Shown: positions 12,686 to 26,716, counted from the whole stretch's first letter. The stretch: 63,216 bases of DNA, filler included, from Circinaria calcarea (GCA_051942165.1; 10 parts of 10 records of this genome joined end to end with filler, not necessarily neighbours in it); one strand, 5' to 3'. Made by a program: numbers and translations. The notes: a model not told the origin generated them from the sequence alone.

Positions 12686-13648
12686 TATTTCGCGAAAGCC
12701 AAAAGCGGACCATGGGATGATGGCACCAAAGTAAACGAACATGGAAGAGTTGAAGATGAGATCTAGGATTTCAGGCAGGTGGGTTTGTTTGGTTTTGCTG
12801 GCGAACCATCCATCATTGGAGAATCCTACCCCTGCTCCGAAGGCAACGAGGAAGTCGTCTACCCCAAGTGTGCTTGCCACACCGATTGAAAAGACTGCAA
12901 GTAGGAAGTAGAAAACGAGAAAAGCGGAGGGAGCAATATACCCTTTGCCGGCCGAAAAGCGAAGGAGATGATTTGCAAAGTATCCTATAACCAGGCCCAG
13001 CAGCGTTCCGAAGACGCATTGCCATAGTATGGTGATCAGGAACCATTGCCGGACTGCTAAGCCCGCAGTTGGCTGAAGAACAGCAAAGATCCCGGCGTAA
13101 AGGAAAGGAAACGAGACCCCATCGTTGCATCCACTCTCGGCAGACAGCAGATGCCTCAATCTCCGTGGTACTCTATTGGCAAAACGAGACTCGGCGAGGA
13201 CACTTGCTGCTAGCACCGGATCTGTAGGCGATAAACACGCAGCCACAATCAGCGCGGTTGTTATATCAGTCTTTAGTATGAGATATGTAAACAGCGCTGT
13301 AATCAGCCAGCCAAAAGTCATGACGGGCCCAAGCAACATGGCCACGCTCTTCCAGTGTCGATCGAAGTAAGTCTTTGGCAACTCGATGCCAACGGCAAAG
13401 ACCTGGACTCCCACGATGAGTCTGGTCACCTCCTGCGTAATGTCATCTTTAAGGCCCCAACTCTTGGGCACGATGACTCCTGCTCCGCGAGGTCCGAAAG
13501 CTATGCCCAAGAGAGTGGCCAAGGGCGGCTCGGACAGGTGAAGCCTGTTTCGGATGAAGTGCGAGAAGAGAGCATAGGAGATGAGGAAAGCGGCGAGGAT
13601 TAGATACGTAAGGTGCGGGGCGGTTGGTTCAACCTGGGACCATGTCAT
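12686..13648 (-). CDS. Fungal plasma-membrane Na+(K+)/H+ antiporter (CPA1, Nha1-like), 3' truncated
   Basis: MTWSQVEPTAPHLTY..., QVFAVGIELP, ACLSPTDPVLAASVL, LLSAESGCNDG, LGVDDFLVAF. Confidence 0.92.
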
Positions 13649-14347
13649 TTGAATCTTTGGTCTTGATCGAATCAAAGGGCGGCGAATCCGATGAGTGATT
13701 GATAAAGAGCCTGAGACTTTGAAAATGGTATATTTAACTGTAGTGTGTGGTATGTAGTGATCTGAGAAATGTAGCGGAACCTTAAGAACGCTTGTCGGCT
13801 AAGTTGTCTAAATATCCGGGTGCACTAGCCTCAATGAGGCTTCATCTTTGAATGGTGGGGAAAGTCCCAGTAGGATGGCACTCATATCTTATCTTATCAG
13901 ATTGATTGATCAATCTGGCGATGTTGAGGCTCCAAACAAAGTTTGAAAGGTCAAACATGATTTGAGGGGAAAGCCGCCCGCAAGCCACTTAAGCCCCCAC
14001 TCCCACCCTATATCATCCACAACGTAAACGTGACCACCATTCACTACAGACGCCTTGATGAAGATGACATGTACGCCTGGTTAAAAGGCCTTTGGCTGAT
14101 GCTCCATACTAATATCTAAAATTTGGCGTATAAGCAACGCCGGTGCTACTGCATGATCATTAGAGAATCAAGTAATCAGCATCGATAGTTATTACATCAT
14201 AAGAATCCTTTCGGCGCATTTTCATTTCAGTCTGTATAGCTTTCATCTGCACGAAGAGTACCATATATAAGCTTTAGAACATCATACTTGATTCGTGTGT
14301 TGATCCATCAACTCTCTAAAGGAACTCTATACTTCTCTCTTCTATAT

Positions 14348-15267
14348 CTAATAGTTATCACAACTTACGCTACTATCCTCCGGCCAGAACAGCCAGCAGC
14401 CTGTTATTACTAACTTGATACCTCCTGAAATCCACAATGCAATCTCAATTCCTCCGGTCGATTTGGCAATCCGCCCACCCACCAGTGCTCCAATCAGCAT
14501 TGCAGTGAAGGCAAAGAATCTCCTATTCCTCACAGCATTAGATTTCAACGAGCTGAAAAGCCTTGGGTCCATGCCGAAGTCGCAGATCACGGTCGTTACC
14601 ACCACAGTGGGAATTTCATGGAGGTCCAAATCTCGACTTCCGACAATCTGTCCAGCAGCCTGGAAGCTCAAAATTGTAATCGGGATCATCTCCCTCCATC
14701 GGATCCCAACGACCACCGCCTGTACCGTCCCATCGACGATATCAGCTTGGACCAGTGCCGCCGTGAGAATAACCATTGATGATTGGATAAGGAAAGAGAG
14801 GACCATGGTTTTGCGACGGAGCGGGCCTAGATAACGGCAAAATCTGGAGAAACAGAAAGCGCCTAGGAGGAAGCAGGCAATGGATGCAAGGGATTTGGCC
14901 CAGGCAAATGGCTTCGTGCTATCCTTGAAAGAAGCGCCGAGACCGAGGAAGATAGTGTTGCCTGATGAAAGATCTGTTAACGACCGACAACCAAAAATGA
15001 GCCTGATAGGATGTAGTAGTAGGTACCTGTCTGCATGGAGACGAATGTACTAAAAGCATTATAGACCGTGCTGTCGGTGAGTCCAGCGACTAGGCAGCAT
15101 AATATCATCAAGACGTCCGCACGTCCTCTGCAGACTTGGGCTGCCATGTGTCTATCCCATCGTTCCCAAAGCTCATCAGTGCGTCGCTTACGAGCTACAC
15201 CCCCGAGCTCGCAGTCCACCACGGCTCCCTCTGCGTCCTTTGAGTGTCGACTAACTGTGCGTGCCAT
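14348..15267 (-). CDS. DUF1275/YoaK-family membrane protein (2 exons, intron 15026-14962)
   Basis: LCCLVAGLTDSTVYNAFSTFVSMQT|GNTIFLGLG...FQAAGQIVGSR...IPTVVVTTVICD...RNRR. Confidence 0.88.
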
Positions 15268-15333
15268 GGCCTGAGTAGCTATGTTCTAGGACGTCGTAGG
15301 CAGAGAGGCGAGTAACTGTTCACTAGATTTCAG

Positions 15334-15368
15334 GGAGGGCTGGAGGGCTGGAGGGCTGGAGGGCTGGA
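15334..15368 (+). repeat. (GGAGGGCT)4 minisatellite upstream of the DUF1275 gene
   Basis: Read directly from the sequence. Confidence 0.85.
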
Positions 15369-17812
15369 TAGAAGGAGAGAAAAGAGACAGAGGGCTGCCA
15401 TTTTAAACTTCGTACCTTGGACGGAAATTATACCTCGACCCGGGAACGAGGTCCCTTCGCAGTCCGACTCGATTAGGGTCCAAACTCTCCCATCGGAAAC
15501 CGTCCAAGTGGCAATGTGTCTTATCGGCAAGGAACATGATGCACCTTGGCACATTATAGTTTACATCACGCTGCATGTCGATGACCGGATGCTTGCAGTC
15601 TCGGCTTTGGTACGTATCAGTGGGTCCATTACAGACACACCCTCACCAGTCGAGCGGAACGTGTGCTTTGCCGTATCACCGTTTCCAACCCAGGCCTTCT
15701 CTTTCGGGTCGTGCCGCGTATGCCCGTCCTATCTTGTCAGCATCAAGACGTATGTCTCAGTATGACATCATGACATCCGATAAAGAAACTCAATTGGATC
15801 TCTGGGTCGAACTACCGCCCGGCATGATGCTTGACTTATGCCCTCAAGCCTCCCTTACTCGATTTAGGGGAAGTTGAGCCAAGGCGGGCCAAGAGATTTT
15901 CCAAGCCCGGCACAGCCCTCCGCGGGTGATCGACACGCACCTTTGATTAAGCGCATCAGCACGAGAGGACGTCGGGCCCATTCATCTATGCGTGTGCAGA
16001 CCCACTTGATAAAATGTGCGATAATTAGGGCGGTTCGTGAGAGAGGAATGGGGTTGTACCACGTAAGTGTCCAATTTCACCTCTTGGCATGCATCCTGGC
16101 TTACGAATCTGGGAGTACCCGTAGGAAAGTACTTCTTATCACACCTTGGCACTTTCAGCGGTGTACCATCCCTTCAATCGCCTCCAATGAAACTTCGACA
16201 GTCAGTAAAGGGAGATACTGAGATGCGAAGCGTCAGGCGGAAAGATCTCCTGTCAAGTCCAGAACCCTTTTTCAATCTAATGTACCTGCGAATCATCGAG
16301 ATGCACATCACAATGTTGGGACCGGCGTATGCGTCTACCTAGGCAAAACGCACAGCCGAATTGGCAAAACCCAGGCTCAGCAAGTGTTCTAACGTGGGTA
16401 ACAAAAGCTGTTTAGCCTATGACGAGTTCACTGAAGGGCTTATGATGAATGCTAGCTAAGTACTGTTAGACCCCGAGTTCAAACCCTAGCAGGATCGAAG
16501 ATTCTAGAATTCTGGGTGTTGTACTCTGTAGTTACACAGATGATTATGCATAAACCTGCAATGCTCCAGAACTGCGTCATGCAAGATGGCCTGCACTCCT
16601 TAGCGGCAACCACGAGCAAAAACAAACCTTCCATAGGATACATATCTCCGTGCTTATCTTACTCACTGCAGGCACGCTCGCGGTGTGTATCATCGATCTT
16701 GACCCATCGCCTATCACGTCTTCTTTCAATTCAAACACCATTTAATCCGCCCACGCCACAGCACCCGATTAGCTCAAGCACTGATAGCTACAAAATTGAC
16801 CTTCCAGATCTGGAATTTTTAAGTGAATCTTTCCCTTGTCCTCTTATCTTCCCCAAATGTCCTGATAGATTCGGTATCTCGCCTTTCGCCTCTTATTGAA
16901 TCCCCCCCTCTAAACACTACAAATGTCGATACAAGTTCTCATGAAAACATTAGGTTACTTACTTTAATTGACTCTGCCAGGGGGCTTTTAGCCGCTGATT
17001 ATTCCTTCGCTGATCCTTCTTCCCAGAGCTCATAACTCGGAAATTGGAATCCCATGGCTCGATTCGCCATGATGAAATCAGCACGAGTCTCTCATTAGGG
17101 AGTCGGTGAGTACCTCGTTGGGAAATATGTCAACATCATACTTAGCGTAGGCTTAGTATTATCTCATGTTAAACACTAGCACGAACCTTCCCCCAAAGGT
17201 ACGGTAAGTCCAACCCAGAAGAATAAATCAACGCCATGCTTAGCTTATGCTCAGCATTTTCATTTGATCAAGTCTCTTCTCCTCTTCCCTGCACCCCCAA
17301 AGCCCCTCGGAGATTCAAATTTTGGACCGTTTGGGTTCGGCCCTGAACAGCGATGTGGCCCCAGGCTCTGTTTACATTTAGGGGGTTTAGTGATTTTTGT
17401 TATGCTGGCAGAATGACCGTACTCCAAGCCAACAAAGTACCTTGCTATTAAGGGAACCCGGCCCTAGCTCTACATAGCTCCATTGTATATCTACAACGGA
17501 GCTATGCTATCCTAGTGCACCTTTTCTGGCCAATCTAAGGGCTTAGATTCCGCACCAACAAGGTAGGCCCGCCACCTTTGCTTTATGACATCTGGCTTAG
17601 ATTATCGGTGCCGGGCTGCAACACACAACAGACTTCAACAAAAAGCACCTAAAACCCTTAATTATGAGCCCATAAGAGGGTTGGTCTGGTTCGACTTAGC
17701 ATAGAGTCGTTTGATCAAACCGTTTGGCTACATTTGAATCTGTGGCTATCGTTGCAGAGCTTGGGAAAAAGACAATGCAGTTTTGAGCATGCTCTAGTTA
17801 CCTCGATTACAG

Positions 17813-17863
17813 CTGCTGCCACTGCTGCCACTGATACTGCTGCCACTGATACTGATACTGCCA
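17813..17863 (+). repeat. Degenerate CTGCTGCCA/CTGATA tandem repeat
   Basis: ctgctgcca ctgctgcca ctgata ctgctgcca ctgata ctgata ctgcca. Confidence 0.7.
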
Positions 17864-18260
17864 CAACTTAACTCGTCCCACCTAAACTAAGAATACCCTC
17901 CTGGTTTAGTATCTCTAGTTTAGTTAAGCCGGTTCGGTTTGGTTTGCTGCTAATTAATGCTGCCCTGAACACGCTTATCATTCTCGGTCCTTTAAGATTG
18001 CTATACGATCTTCAACATTTATCAGAAAGCTTGTCAGCTTAGTTGAATCTACCAAGGGGGTTTTAAATATTATTCATCCCTTCGCTACCTAGGCTTTCTA
18101 GAGTTCCAATCTCAATTCCAGTCAAACGCTCGCAGTTTTCGAAATAATTTCCACACAATCAAACATCTCCGCCGGTTCTCTTGAACCGCGGGTTTAATAA
18201 AAAATTTCTACTACGGGCCTAGATAACCCAACCTAGGGCCTCAGGCACGGAAACAACAAA

Positions 18261-18388
18261 ATTTCGATAAGTCCAAAGTTCACCCCCGGGGGTGAACGGA
18301 ATACAAAAAAACCCTCCCGGCTCGAAGTTATATGATTTCGATAAGTCCACTGGCCTTGAGAAGGGTCTTAGGATCTGCGATAGGTCCA
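18261..18388. repeat. Direct repeats flanking a perfect 20-bp palindrome
   Basis: ATTTCGATAAGTCCA at 18261 and 18335, a degenerate third copy near 18373, and palindrome GTTCACCCCCGGGGGTGAAC at 18278-18297. Confidence 0.75.
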
Positions 18389-18924
18389 ATCACGGAAAAG
18401 CATACATCAATTCTGCTAAACATGCTGAAATTACGTCGAGTATTTACCCCCAAGTAAGTCTCCTCCTCTCCCCACGATCCTGCACATAGGGGTTCCGCTT
18501 GGTAGCAATTTTCTTTCTTTTTTTATATTTTATATTTTATATCTTGGCCTTTCCCTATTCTATGTAGCTATAAATTCAGCCCCCCTCGCCGTCCCAAAAA
18601 GCCATTTTAAAGCTTTTTATCGTAAAGCGGAGCTCCTCAGCGCCTCCAGCCACTAGCCGCTTATTCTTCTTTTTCTCTCTCCCCGAAAACCCCCTTAATT
18701 TCCCGAAACCGCCCATGTTTGGGAGTGTCGGGTCCACTAGCAGCTCAAAAACTCGAAATAACAAGTACCCCTGGTTGGGCTCTAGTTTTCCAAGCTACAT
18801 CGGCACGGGAATGACAATCTCGATGAGGAATCCCGTGGTTTTGAGATGGAGATCGAGCTTTCTTCCTGCCCTCTTCCCTTCTCGTTCCCTTTCCCTATTC
18901 CTCCCCCTTCACCCCTACCCAGCC

Positions 18925-19024
18925 NNNNNNNNNNNNNNNNNNNNNNNNNNNNNNNNNNNNNNNNNNNNTTAATTAATTAANNNNNNNNNNNNNNNNNNNN
19001 NNNNNNNNNNNNNNNNNNNNNNNN
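18925..19024. other. Artificial contig linker
   Basis: N44-TTAATTAATTAA-N44. Confidence 0.99.
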
Positions 19025-19475
19025 CTCCAAGACCTGTACCTCCCTCCTTCCCCCTCCTCCTCCAACGCTCCTTCTTCTCTTCCAAGCGCCCCACTAACAA
19101 CCCCCCCTCTCTCCTCGCAGCGTCAACGAAGAAGTCATCGTGCGCCTCAAATGGGGCCAAACCGAATACAAAGGCCGCCTCGTCAGCGTGGACTCGTACA
19201 TGAACATCCAGCTGAGCGGAACGGAGGAATTCATCGATATGAAGAGCACGGGCAGTTTGGGGCAGGTGCTGATTAGGTGAGTTGTGCCTTTGGGCTTCTG
19301 GGGGTGGGGCATGGATGGTATTTGGGAAGCTAGAACAAGGGAAAAGGGGGGACGCTAGTCAGTGGTAAGATTGAGGGCTAATTGTGTTGTTTCGTCGGGG
19401 GATAGGTGTAATAACGTGCTTTGGATATCGGCGGCGAAAGCGGCGGAGAATGGGGATACGGCGATGGCGGGGTAG
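19025..19475 (+). CDS. SMX3: Small nuclear ribonucleoprotein SmF, 5' truncated
   Basis: [43 protein letters not shown]...[14 protein letters not shown]. Introns 19036-19120 and 19277-19405. Confidence 0.93.
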
Positions 19476-19670
19476 GGGATTAAGTTGAATTTTTAGGCGG
19501 AGAAATTGGCCCCGGAGGGAGAGGAGCGAGAGCGCGATCGTCAAGGATTCGATGGATATAAAAGCCACCGAGATTGCGAAGTCTCCAGGATATGCAGGTG
19601 GTAACGGGCGGCGTCGTGGCCATAGACCATAAAACAAAGATACCCATTTGTTTTGGACACGTCTTTTATA

Positions 19671-22600
19671 TTATTCTACTTCCTCAATGCGAGGCCTTGA
19701 CGCTGGTGCGCTATCCGAGTTGATTGACAGCCCAGCAAGGTTGCCGTAAACCGGCGAAGTTGGAAACATATTCTCCGGTGCGGACCTCGAGAAACTCAAT
19801 AAAGACCTCATCCGCCAGGCTTCAAGGCTTTCAATCACCTCCATCACATGTCCCACAACCACATCATCCGAGTCAGTCGACTTGATATATCTCAACACCT
19901 CCAGAACCTCTTTCAAGCTCTCCCCCGCAAGTCCAAACCCCAGCTTCTGTCCCTTATCGTTCGCCTTGTCCAAGGCTCTGATGAGGCTCATGATTAGAAG
20001 CACTGCAGCTCTCCGCAGGATGGCTTTGTCCGGTCCAACCTCCATCTTCAATATCGAGATTGCCAAATCGATAGCCGTCGATGTCAAGGTTGAGCCCATT
20101 CCCGCAACGTTGGTCTCAATAGCCAGCCCGAGCACCGACAATGCGGAAGTTCTTATCCTGACATCTTCCTCTCCTTCTTTACCTTCCCAACCCTCGAGCA
20201 CTTTAGCTAGCCTCTCGCTAGCGTGATTCTCTTCCTGATCGTCTCCGAAATCTGGGACATCGCCTCCCCAAGCGTCTTCTGCTTCTCTCTTGGATGCCAA
20301 GTGCTTCGCTGCCCTCTCCTGCTGCTCTGCTAACGTCTTGGCTCTTTTCCCCCTCCTTCCTGCGACCCCAATCATCCCCTCACCCACTGTTCTTGCGACG
20401 TCCCCCACCAAAGCTTCTCCTAATCCCTCCATGGTCTTGAGCAGCGCTTCTCCAACTCTCAATCTCTGGTCTAACCTCATCTCTTCTCCATGATCTACAT
20501 AATTTTCAACAAGCATTCTAACCGCGGTCCTGGAATGCTTAGAAGCTAATAATCCGAGACTTTTGATTGCAGAGAGATATATGAATTCTTCTTGATCTTG
20601 GAGCAAGGAAAGGATGAGGATGCAGGTACCAGGTATATCGAGGATAGCAGAAGAAGCAGTAATTAGAGTCGTTAGCAGGGCGAGACCTTCTGCGCGAACA
20701 GGTGGAAGGATATCAGACAGGTGAGTTAAGGCGCGGGAGTAAGTTTTGCGATCTTGAACGTGCGGGTCAGGAGGTTTAGACGTATAAGCTCTCGGACCGC
20801 CGGTTGAAGAAAGATGCATTTCCACGAGAGCGCAAATGTTCCTGGCGCTTATAGCGGTAGAAGCCGGGAGAGATGCATGGGTCGATGTGATTTCGGTTAG
20901 GGTGGACCTGAGGGAGGTGAGGAGGTCAAGTATTTCGGGGGTAACCCGGATATCTGGTGCCGAGAGAATCGTAGAAAGAAGGCTGATACATGCGGACACA
21001 ATTTCTGCGGAGTCGTCCACCTCCGACACGGGTGTCCTCTGCAGCTCAGGAGTGACGATCGAGCCTAGAGTAGCAAGAGAAGGTATGGACAGGCCCGCTC
21101 GAAGATTGCTCACGTTGGTGTCATGAAGATATCCGTCTAGCAGCTCTTGAGTAAGATGGATGACTCTAGCCGGATTATTTATAATGATGTTTTGATACCT
21201 CTCTAGCATTTCCTGCGTGACCTTTGCATAAACTAGGCTCTTGAAAGGGCTCCCATCCTTGATGCCATTACCAGCAAATATATCCTGCCGGATGGAATGT
21301 TTGTGGCTTCCTTGAAGCCATCCTCTAGCAGCATGTAGGAAGATGTCACTGATGTCTGTATCATCCACACCACTAGTCTCCAATAACTGTCGGAAGATGG
21401 TAACACGAGAGTCAATGGTCTCCATAAGTGCGATGGCATCAACTCGTGGGCTGTAATCCTCAGGACGCCGGCATAACGCTATTCTTGCTTCAGAGAACCG
21501 TTTATAAGTCCACGATAATCCGCCATCCCAGGTGAGGTGGTCAATGAGCTTAGCAAAGCCTGTAGAACCTTCGGAAACTTTAAAATATATGGATATTAGT
21601 TGGGAGCATTCTTCAAACCATCCGATCGCCACTTCAGACTCCTTAGCAAAGCACATTAGACCCCACAGGGGCAGCAGTAAGGGCCCCAACAGTCGCTTTG
21701 TAAGGCTTGGATTGGGGTGGATTACCACGAGTGCCGATAGCCGTCGAATTGCTCGCTGAAACTCCTCTGAAGAGACAAGAAGTCGAAAATCTTCCTGTTC
21801 ACTTTCTACGTTGCCGGTTTTGTTTCCCGGGGCAATTGCTCTCATAAGAGGCTCAGCAAACAGTTTCCATCCAATAGCCCCTGGTGCACCAAAAATCCTA
21901 CGCCCAAGTATCCCATTCCCAATGATAAAAGAGGCTGCCCGCCGCTTATCTGGGCCTTCAGCATCGAGTAGTTCTAGTAGCTGAGGTGCAATAGCTTCGA
22001 AGTAAAGATCTGCAGAGATAGTGCTTGGGACCGAAGAGAGTAACCGTGACGATTGCTTCAACACCTCCAGAGGCAAAGATTGGGCTGTTGGTGATGTCGT
22101 CCCGTTGATATCTTGATACAATGCTTGCGGGGATGAGCCTGCAATAAAAACAATAGTTTCATGTACGCCGTTTGGTCGTAGAGGTAAAGAAGATAAAGCT
22201 GTGGACAGGTAGGGTCGCAGCCATGACGGCGTTGCAGAATGAAGAAGAGATGTCAAGCATGGAAACAAGACCAAGGATGGGGCCCTGAACGTTTGATTCA
22301 GTATGTGCTGAAGATCTCATACATGCTAAGCTTATATACAACTAAGATAATCGAAAAACGGAACGACAGAGGGTGCAAGACATACTCATCTATCAGCGAC
22401 TTCAATGCATTCTGGTAGGTTTTACTGTCCCGGCTTGACGGAGCATATGCCAATTGACCCAGTGCGGCGATAAGGTCAACCAGTGTTCTCTCTTGAAAGA
22501 CGCGGCCTAGTCCTCTGCCTTTACTCTCAGCTACTCCTCTAAGTTGGTTGACGATCTCAACGAGGAGAGCCTCATCTCCATCTCCAGCCTTTTCTCGAGG

Positions 22601-23047
22601 AGCAGTAGTTCTAGTCTCAAACCCACCACGTAAAACAGACTTGACCCTACGTTCAATGGGTACACCAACCCCTGACGACAGGTTTGGATAAATACCCTCA
22701 AGTGAGATTAGATCGAATAGAGAGTCAACAATCCGGCGATAGCTCGAGTTGTAGAGAAAATCACGAGTATCATCGTCGGTAGGAGAATTACATAAAACAT
22801 GATGGATATTTAGCAAAAGGCCTAACGCTCGATGTATAACCCCACTTCGAGGGTTCGTATTATCCTCAGCCTGGACATGCTTGCCTGCAGCGAGGCACTC
22901 GACAAGTGATCGTCCGCGACTCTTGACCGTTGCCCCTTTTGACAGTGTCAGTCCCAGCAGCCCAGATGTACGTCAACAACCTTCACCTTGATTTAGGACA
23001 GGAGCAAGGAAAGCTCCAGCAGCAGCAACTTCTGCTTCGGCAACCAT
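19671..23047 (-). CDS. RTP1: RNA polymerase II nuclear-import/assembly factor Rtp1 (TANGO6-like), 3 exons
   Basis: LISLEGIYPNLSSGVGVPIERR, LSSLPLRPNGV, LPPVRAEGL, LLQDQEEFIYL, RLRVGEAL, EDVRIRTSALS, and C-terminal RPRIEEVE. Confidence 0.88.
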
Positions 23048-25260
23048 AGCACTACAAGTCCACTGTAATGGTGTTTAATCACGTTGGTTTATGTATTTAC
23101 TACATTTGATGGAGGAGATTCTGATATTACCCAAGGATGATTATCTTCCATGTCACGTGCTTGACGCGCTTTGATCAACGCGCTTTTCCAGCCACCAGTC
23201 AAGAACACAACATTTGGATTTCCCTCAGCATCATCCCACATCCACAACAAACTCATTGACTACTCTCATCTCAAACGTTCAATAGCATCGACGCTTCAAG
23301 ACGATTGCCGGACCTGCAATTACGCTCACCTCACCATGAATCGCATCTACACCTCGCTCATGACCTTGAACTACCCAAGTCTCGCTTCCAGCACAGTCTC
23401 TTCTCCACCAACTCTCTCGCTCGTTATTGAGCAACACAAAGAAAGCAGCACACCTTCCCTACAGTTCCCCGACTCTCATCTTCCAGCCTTGCGCAAGGAA
23501 TGTCTAAACGCCCCTCGTACACACCTGCTTACCTTATATGGGCACTGTTTCTCGGACCTCGCAGCATGGCTTCGTATAGTTACAGTATTCCTTATCTGGA
23601 ACGCTGCAGTCGCAAGATTGTAAAGGGTAATACGAGAAGGATGAGTTTCGGAACTTAACCCTAAATATTCGTCGGTCCCTTCTCCTTTGGGAAAGGAAAG
23701 TCTTGCGGTTATAGTTGTCAACCCTCTGACTACCTTCTTGTTATCCTCTTTCTGAGCTCTTCGCATGATCAGCTTGGATCTTGGAGATATGGAAGCCAAA
23801 GGAGAGCATGACGTCCAGAGTCCTTCGGACACTGAAATGGCTTTACTATGCGCCGAAATTGGTCAGATCTTCACATGGAGACGCGCCACGGTATCTCCTG
23901 CTGGACACCTACTCTGATTATAGCGGATGCTTCGCTTGATTTGTGGCGTGATTGATGAACAAGGAAGGCATCAGGTGGCATCGGTCGGGCGGCTTCTCGT
24001 AAGCTTGCCTTTTGGATCTTCGAGGACTTGTCTTGAACCCCACTTGGTCACTCATGCTTTGTATATATACATTTTCGATCCTGACAAAACCAGAAACTTC
24101 CATAATCGAGGATCTGGAGACTTTGCTATCGGTTTCCTTGTTACACGCTACGATTCTCCAGTGGATCTCTCCAACCTTGGCGACGTTCTCGTTTTATGAA
24201 AGAGCTACGAGCACGTCAAGTACAACATACTTTGCATACAAAAGGGCTGCAGTGCAGCATGTATATCATCTTGGCTCTCGGTCAATTGTGCAAAGTGGAT
24301 CCACTTGCCGGAACCGTATATATCCCAAGCTTTCAGATGCTCTCTGAGCCAAAGTGGCAGATAAATGCGTAGCAAGGTCCTCGTGCTTACAAATGGATAT
24401 GCATCTGCATTGTGGCCGGCCCTCCAGATTGTTACTACTTCAGTGCAGTACTGGTAGGGCCAATGGCATGACGTCTCGCTCCGGGTAGCTCTGGATCTTA
24501 CAAGAAACTAGCTAAGATGATGGAGATCCACCTGTCGTTGCGTGTGACGAGGGGATTGAAGCAGATGTTATGTTTTCAGATTGTAGTACGAGCATGGATT
24601 GGGTTAAGTAAGGTACAAACGTACACACTCAGCAGAGCAGAGATAGACGGTTTTGGCGGTGGAGATGTCCAGTACCGATCTCCTATTAGCTGAAGGCTCT
24701 AGCAGCCTTTGTTATCCCTGATCTCCACTCCTTTTCAATCACGTCGTCTATTTGACGAGGCCCAATCACGAAGCCTACATCCCGGCATCAGCCAATGGTG
24801 TAGTTGTCTCTTCAAAGACATGTCCCAATCAGCCGCATTAATCACCTCCTCGTGTGGTCAGCACACGAGTCGAAGGTGAGCGCTGACATTTAAGTCTTCT
24901 TAGCCCTCACCGGCCAGGTCGACGCCTATCCTTCCTACGGGGAGATGGGAGCGGTTTTTGGTGATGTCCTTTGTCCGCTTAGCCACTGCCCTTCTGTTGT
25001 TCCGAAAGGACTGCGGAAGAGGAAACAAAGACTAGTCTCTGAAGGTACTGCACATCAAAATGAGAGATATTCCTGAGCTTGCAGAAGCAACGGAGTCTTG
25101 GATCCGAGATTTGGGAGTAATGTTTGGTCTTTTAGGCTCAATGATACGTGGTGTTTGTGATTGGTGAGGGAGCCAGTTAGTGGAATGAGGGCATCGACAA
25201 ACTTAAAGTCTCGAGGGCCAAAGTCGATGAGAGAAGTAGCAAGAATTGGTTTTGTGGGAT

Positions 25261-25360
25261 NNNNNNNNNNNNNNNNNNNNNNNNNNNNNNNNNNNNNNNN
25301 NNNNTTAATTAATTAANNNNNNNNNNNNNNNNNNNNNNNNNNNNNNNNNNNNNNNNNNNN
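25261..25360. other. Artificial contig linker
   Basis: N44-TTAATTAATTAA-N44. Confidence 0.99.
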
Positions 25361-25655
25361 TATAAGCTAGAACGAGCGTTGGAATTATTTACAGCTTAGC
25401 AGAATCTTTCCGGGAGCCCGATTAATATAATCGAACAAAGAGTTCCTGGTCTTATCTAATTTCTGAACTCGCCACGGAGGTCGGGTTAGTGCTGGAAGAA
25501 TCTTATTCTTTATCAATCCGACAGAAGTTGAGCAGTCGCTAATATAAACGCCGATAAGCCCCCCGCTAAAGTTTCTGTCGCAAAGGACGCATCTTTAGAA
25601 CTTAGATAGTTCTAGGCAGCCTAGGCTGGGCCAGGGCAATAATGCTAACAGACGT

Positions 25656-25942
25656 TGTAAATAACGTGAGCAGCTAAAGCCGGGTATGAGGTAGCCAGTT
25701 CAGGCTCCTATCTACTGCGCCCCTGCATTGCCCCATAGCGTTCCCTTTTGCTCCTTTGGTGCTCTCTCGGGGCTATCTCGCTGCTCCCCCCTGCTCACTC
25801 GATGCTCCCTCTGAAGCAGCCCTGCTCCCTTTCCCGATCAAAAACAATAATCGCAAATCCCAGGTTCGGGGTGTATATAATAGATATATATATCGCGAAT
25901 GAAGCCAAACCCTCGATGATAGTCTTATGCCTCCCTTTAACA
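25656..25942. mobile_element. Possible degenerate LTR-like relic
   Basis: TGTAAA...TTAACA near-inverted ends, an internal TATA-rich tract, and a TpA-rich left flank. No target-site duplication seen. Confidence 0.25.
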
Positions 25943-26716
25943 CGGAAAGTCAAGCACTTTAGAGCAGGTAAAAGTTCTTACCGTTGCAATCCAAAAATGG
26001 TTCGTGAGACTTTGAGACTGTATCTCCATTGGCAACAGCGGACCTTAGAGAGCCACGGGAGAGCTCCAGAAGGAGAAGATGTGACGGTCGTTGTCGCTTA
26101 CGTTTGCATAATATCTGTAGGATGGGAAGACTTCCTGTTATCAGTGATATTTGCCTTGTCGAAACCAGAGATAATTATGTAAGTTCATGGCCCACCCTGA
26201 GGACTGTAAATGAACTCGATTAATTATTTAGTATTAACTTCCACGGCTATACGAAAAGGGGAACATGAACTAGTTTTTAAAGTTTAGATTTCCATCGCCT
26301 ACCTAACGTAAAAGTGTGCTATAGTCTAACGTCTTGGAGGGGTGCAGATGTGACGTATACAAAGCAAGGAATAAGAAACTAGCACAAACACCTTTTGACT
26401 TAAGATTATGACTCCATTTTCGTCCAAGTTCCATGCTTGGCAAGTAGCGAGAAGATACTGATACCTAAATTTAGTTTGCTCGGCTCTCATGAACGCACAT
26501 AAGTTCTCCACAGTTCCGTGATTCGGTTACTTTCCCGAGAATAACGTGCTTCGACGTACGACTAGTATCTTCCATACATCGTCTCGCCAGATATACTTTC
26601 CTTGATGAACAGTCAGTAATCTGATAAAGGTGCTCTCCTTGCTTGAAGGCAAACGTAATTCAACTCCAAATCTCCATCACAGAGACAGATATTTGTGTCG
26701 TGCAACCGCTCTGTTC

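Noticed and set aside
7116..15267. Apparent ion/metalloid transport cluster (ACR3, Na+/H+ antiporter, DUF1275)
   Set aside because: ACR3 is on a different contig from the other two, so the adjacency is artificial.
16470..16500. B-box-like GAGTTCAAACC (also GGGTTCAAACC on the minus strand near 40455)
   Set aside because: No surrounding cloverleaf or A-box.
23171..25260. Fragmentary coding-like frames with possible splice sites
   Set aside because: No consistent gene model or recognisable family could be built. Possibly a decayed gene plus the 3' end of a truncated one.
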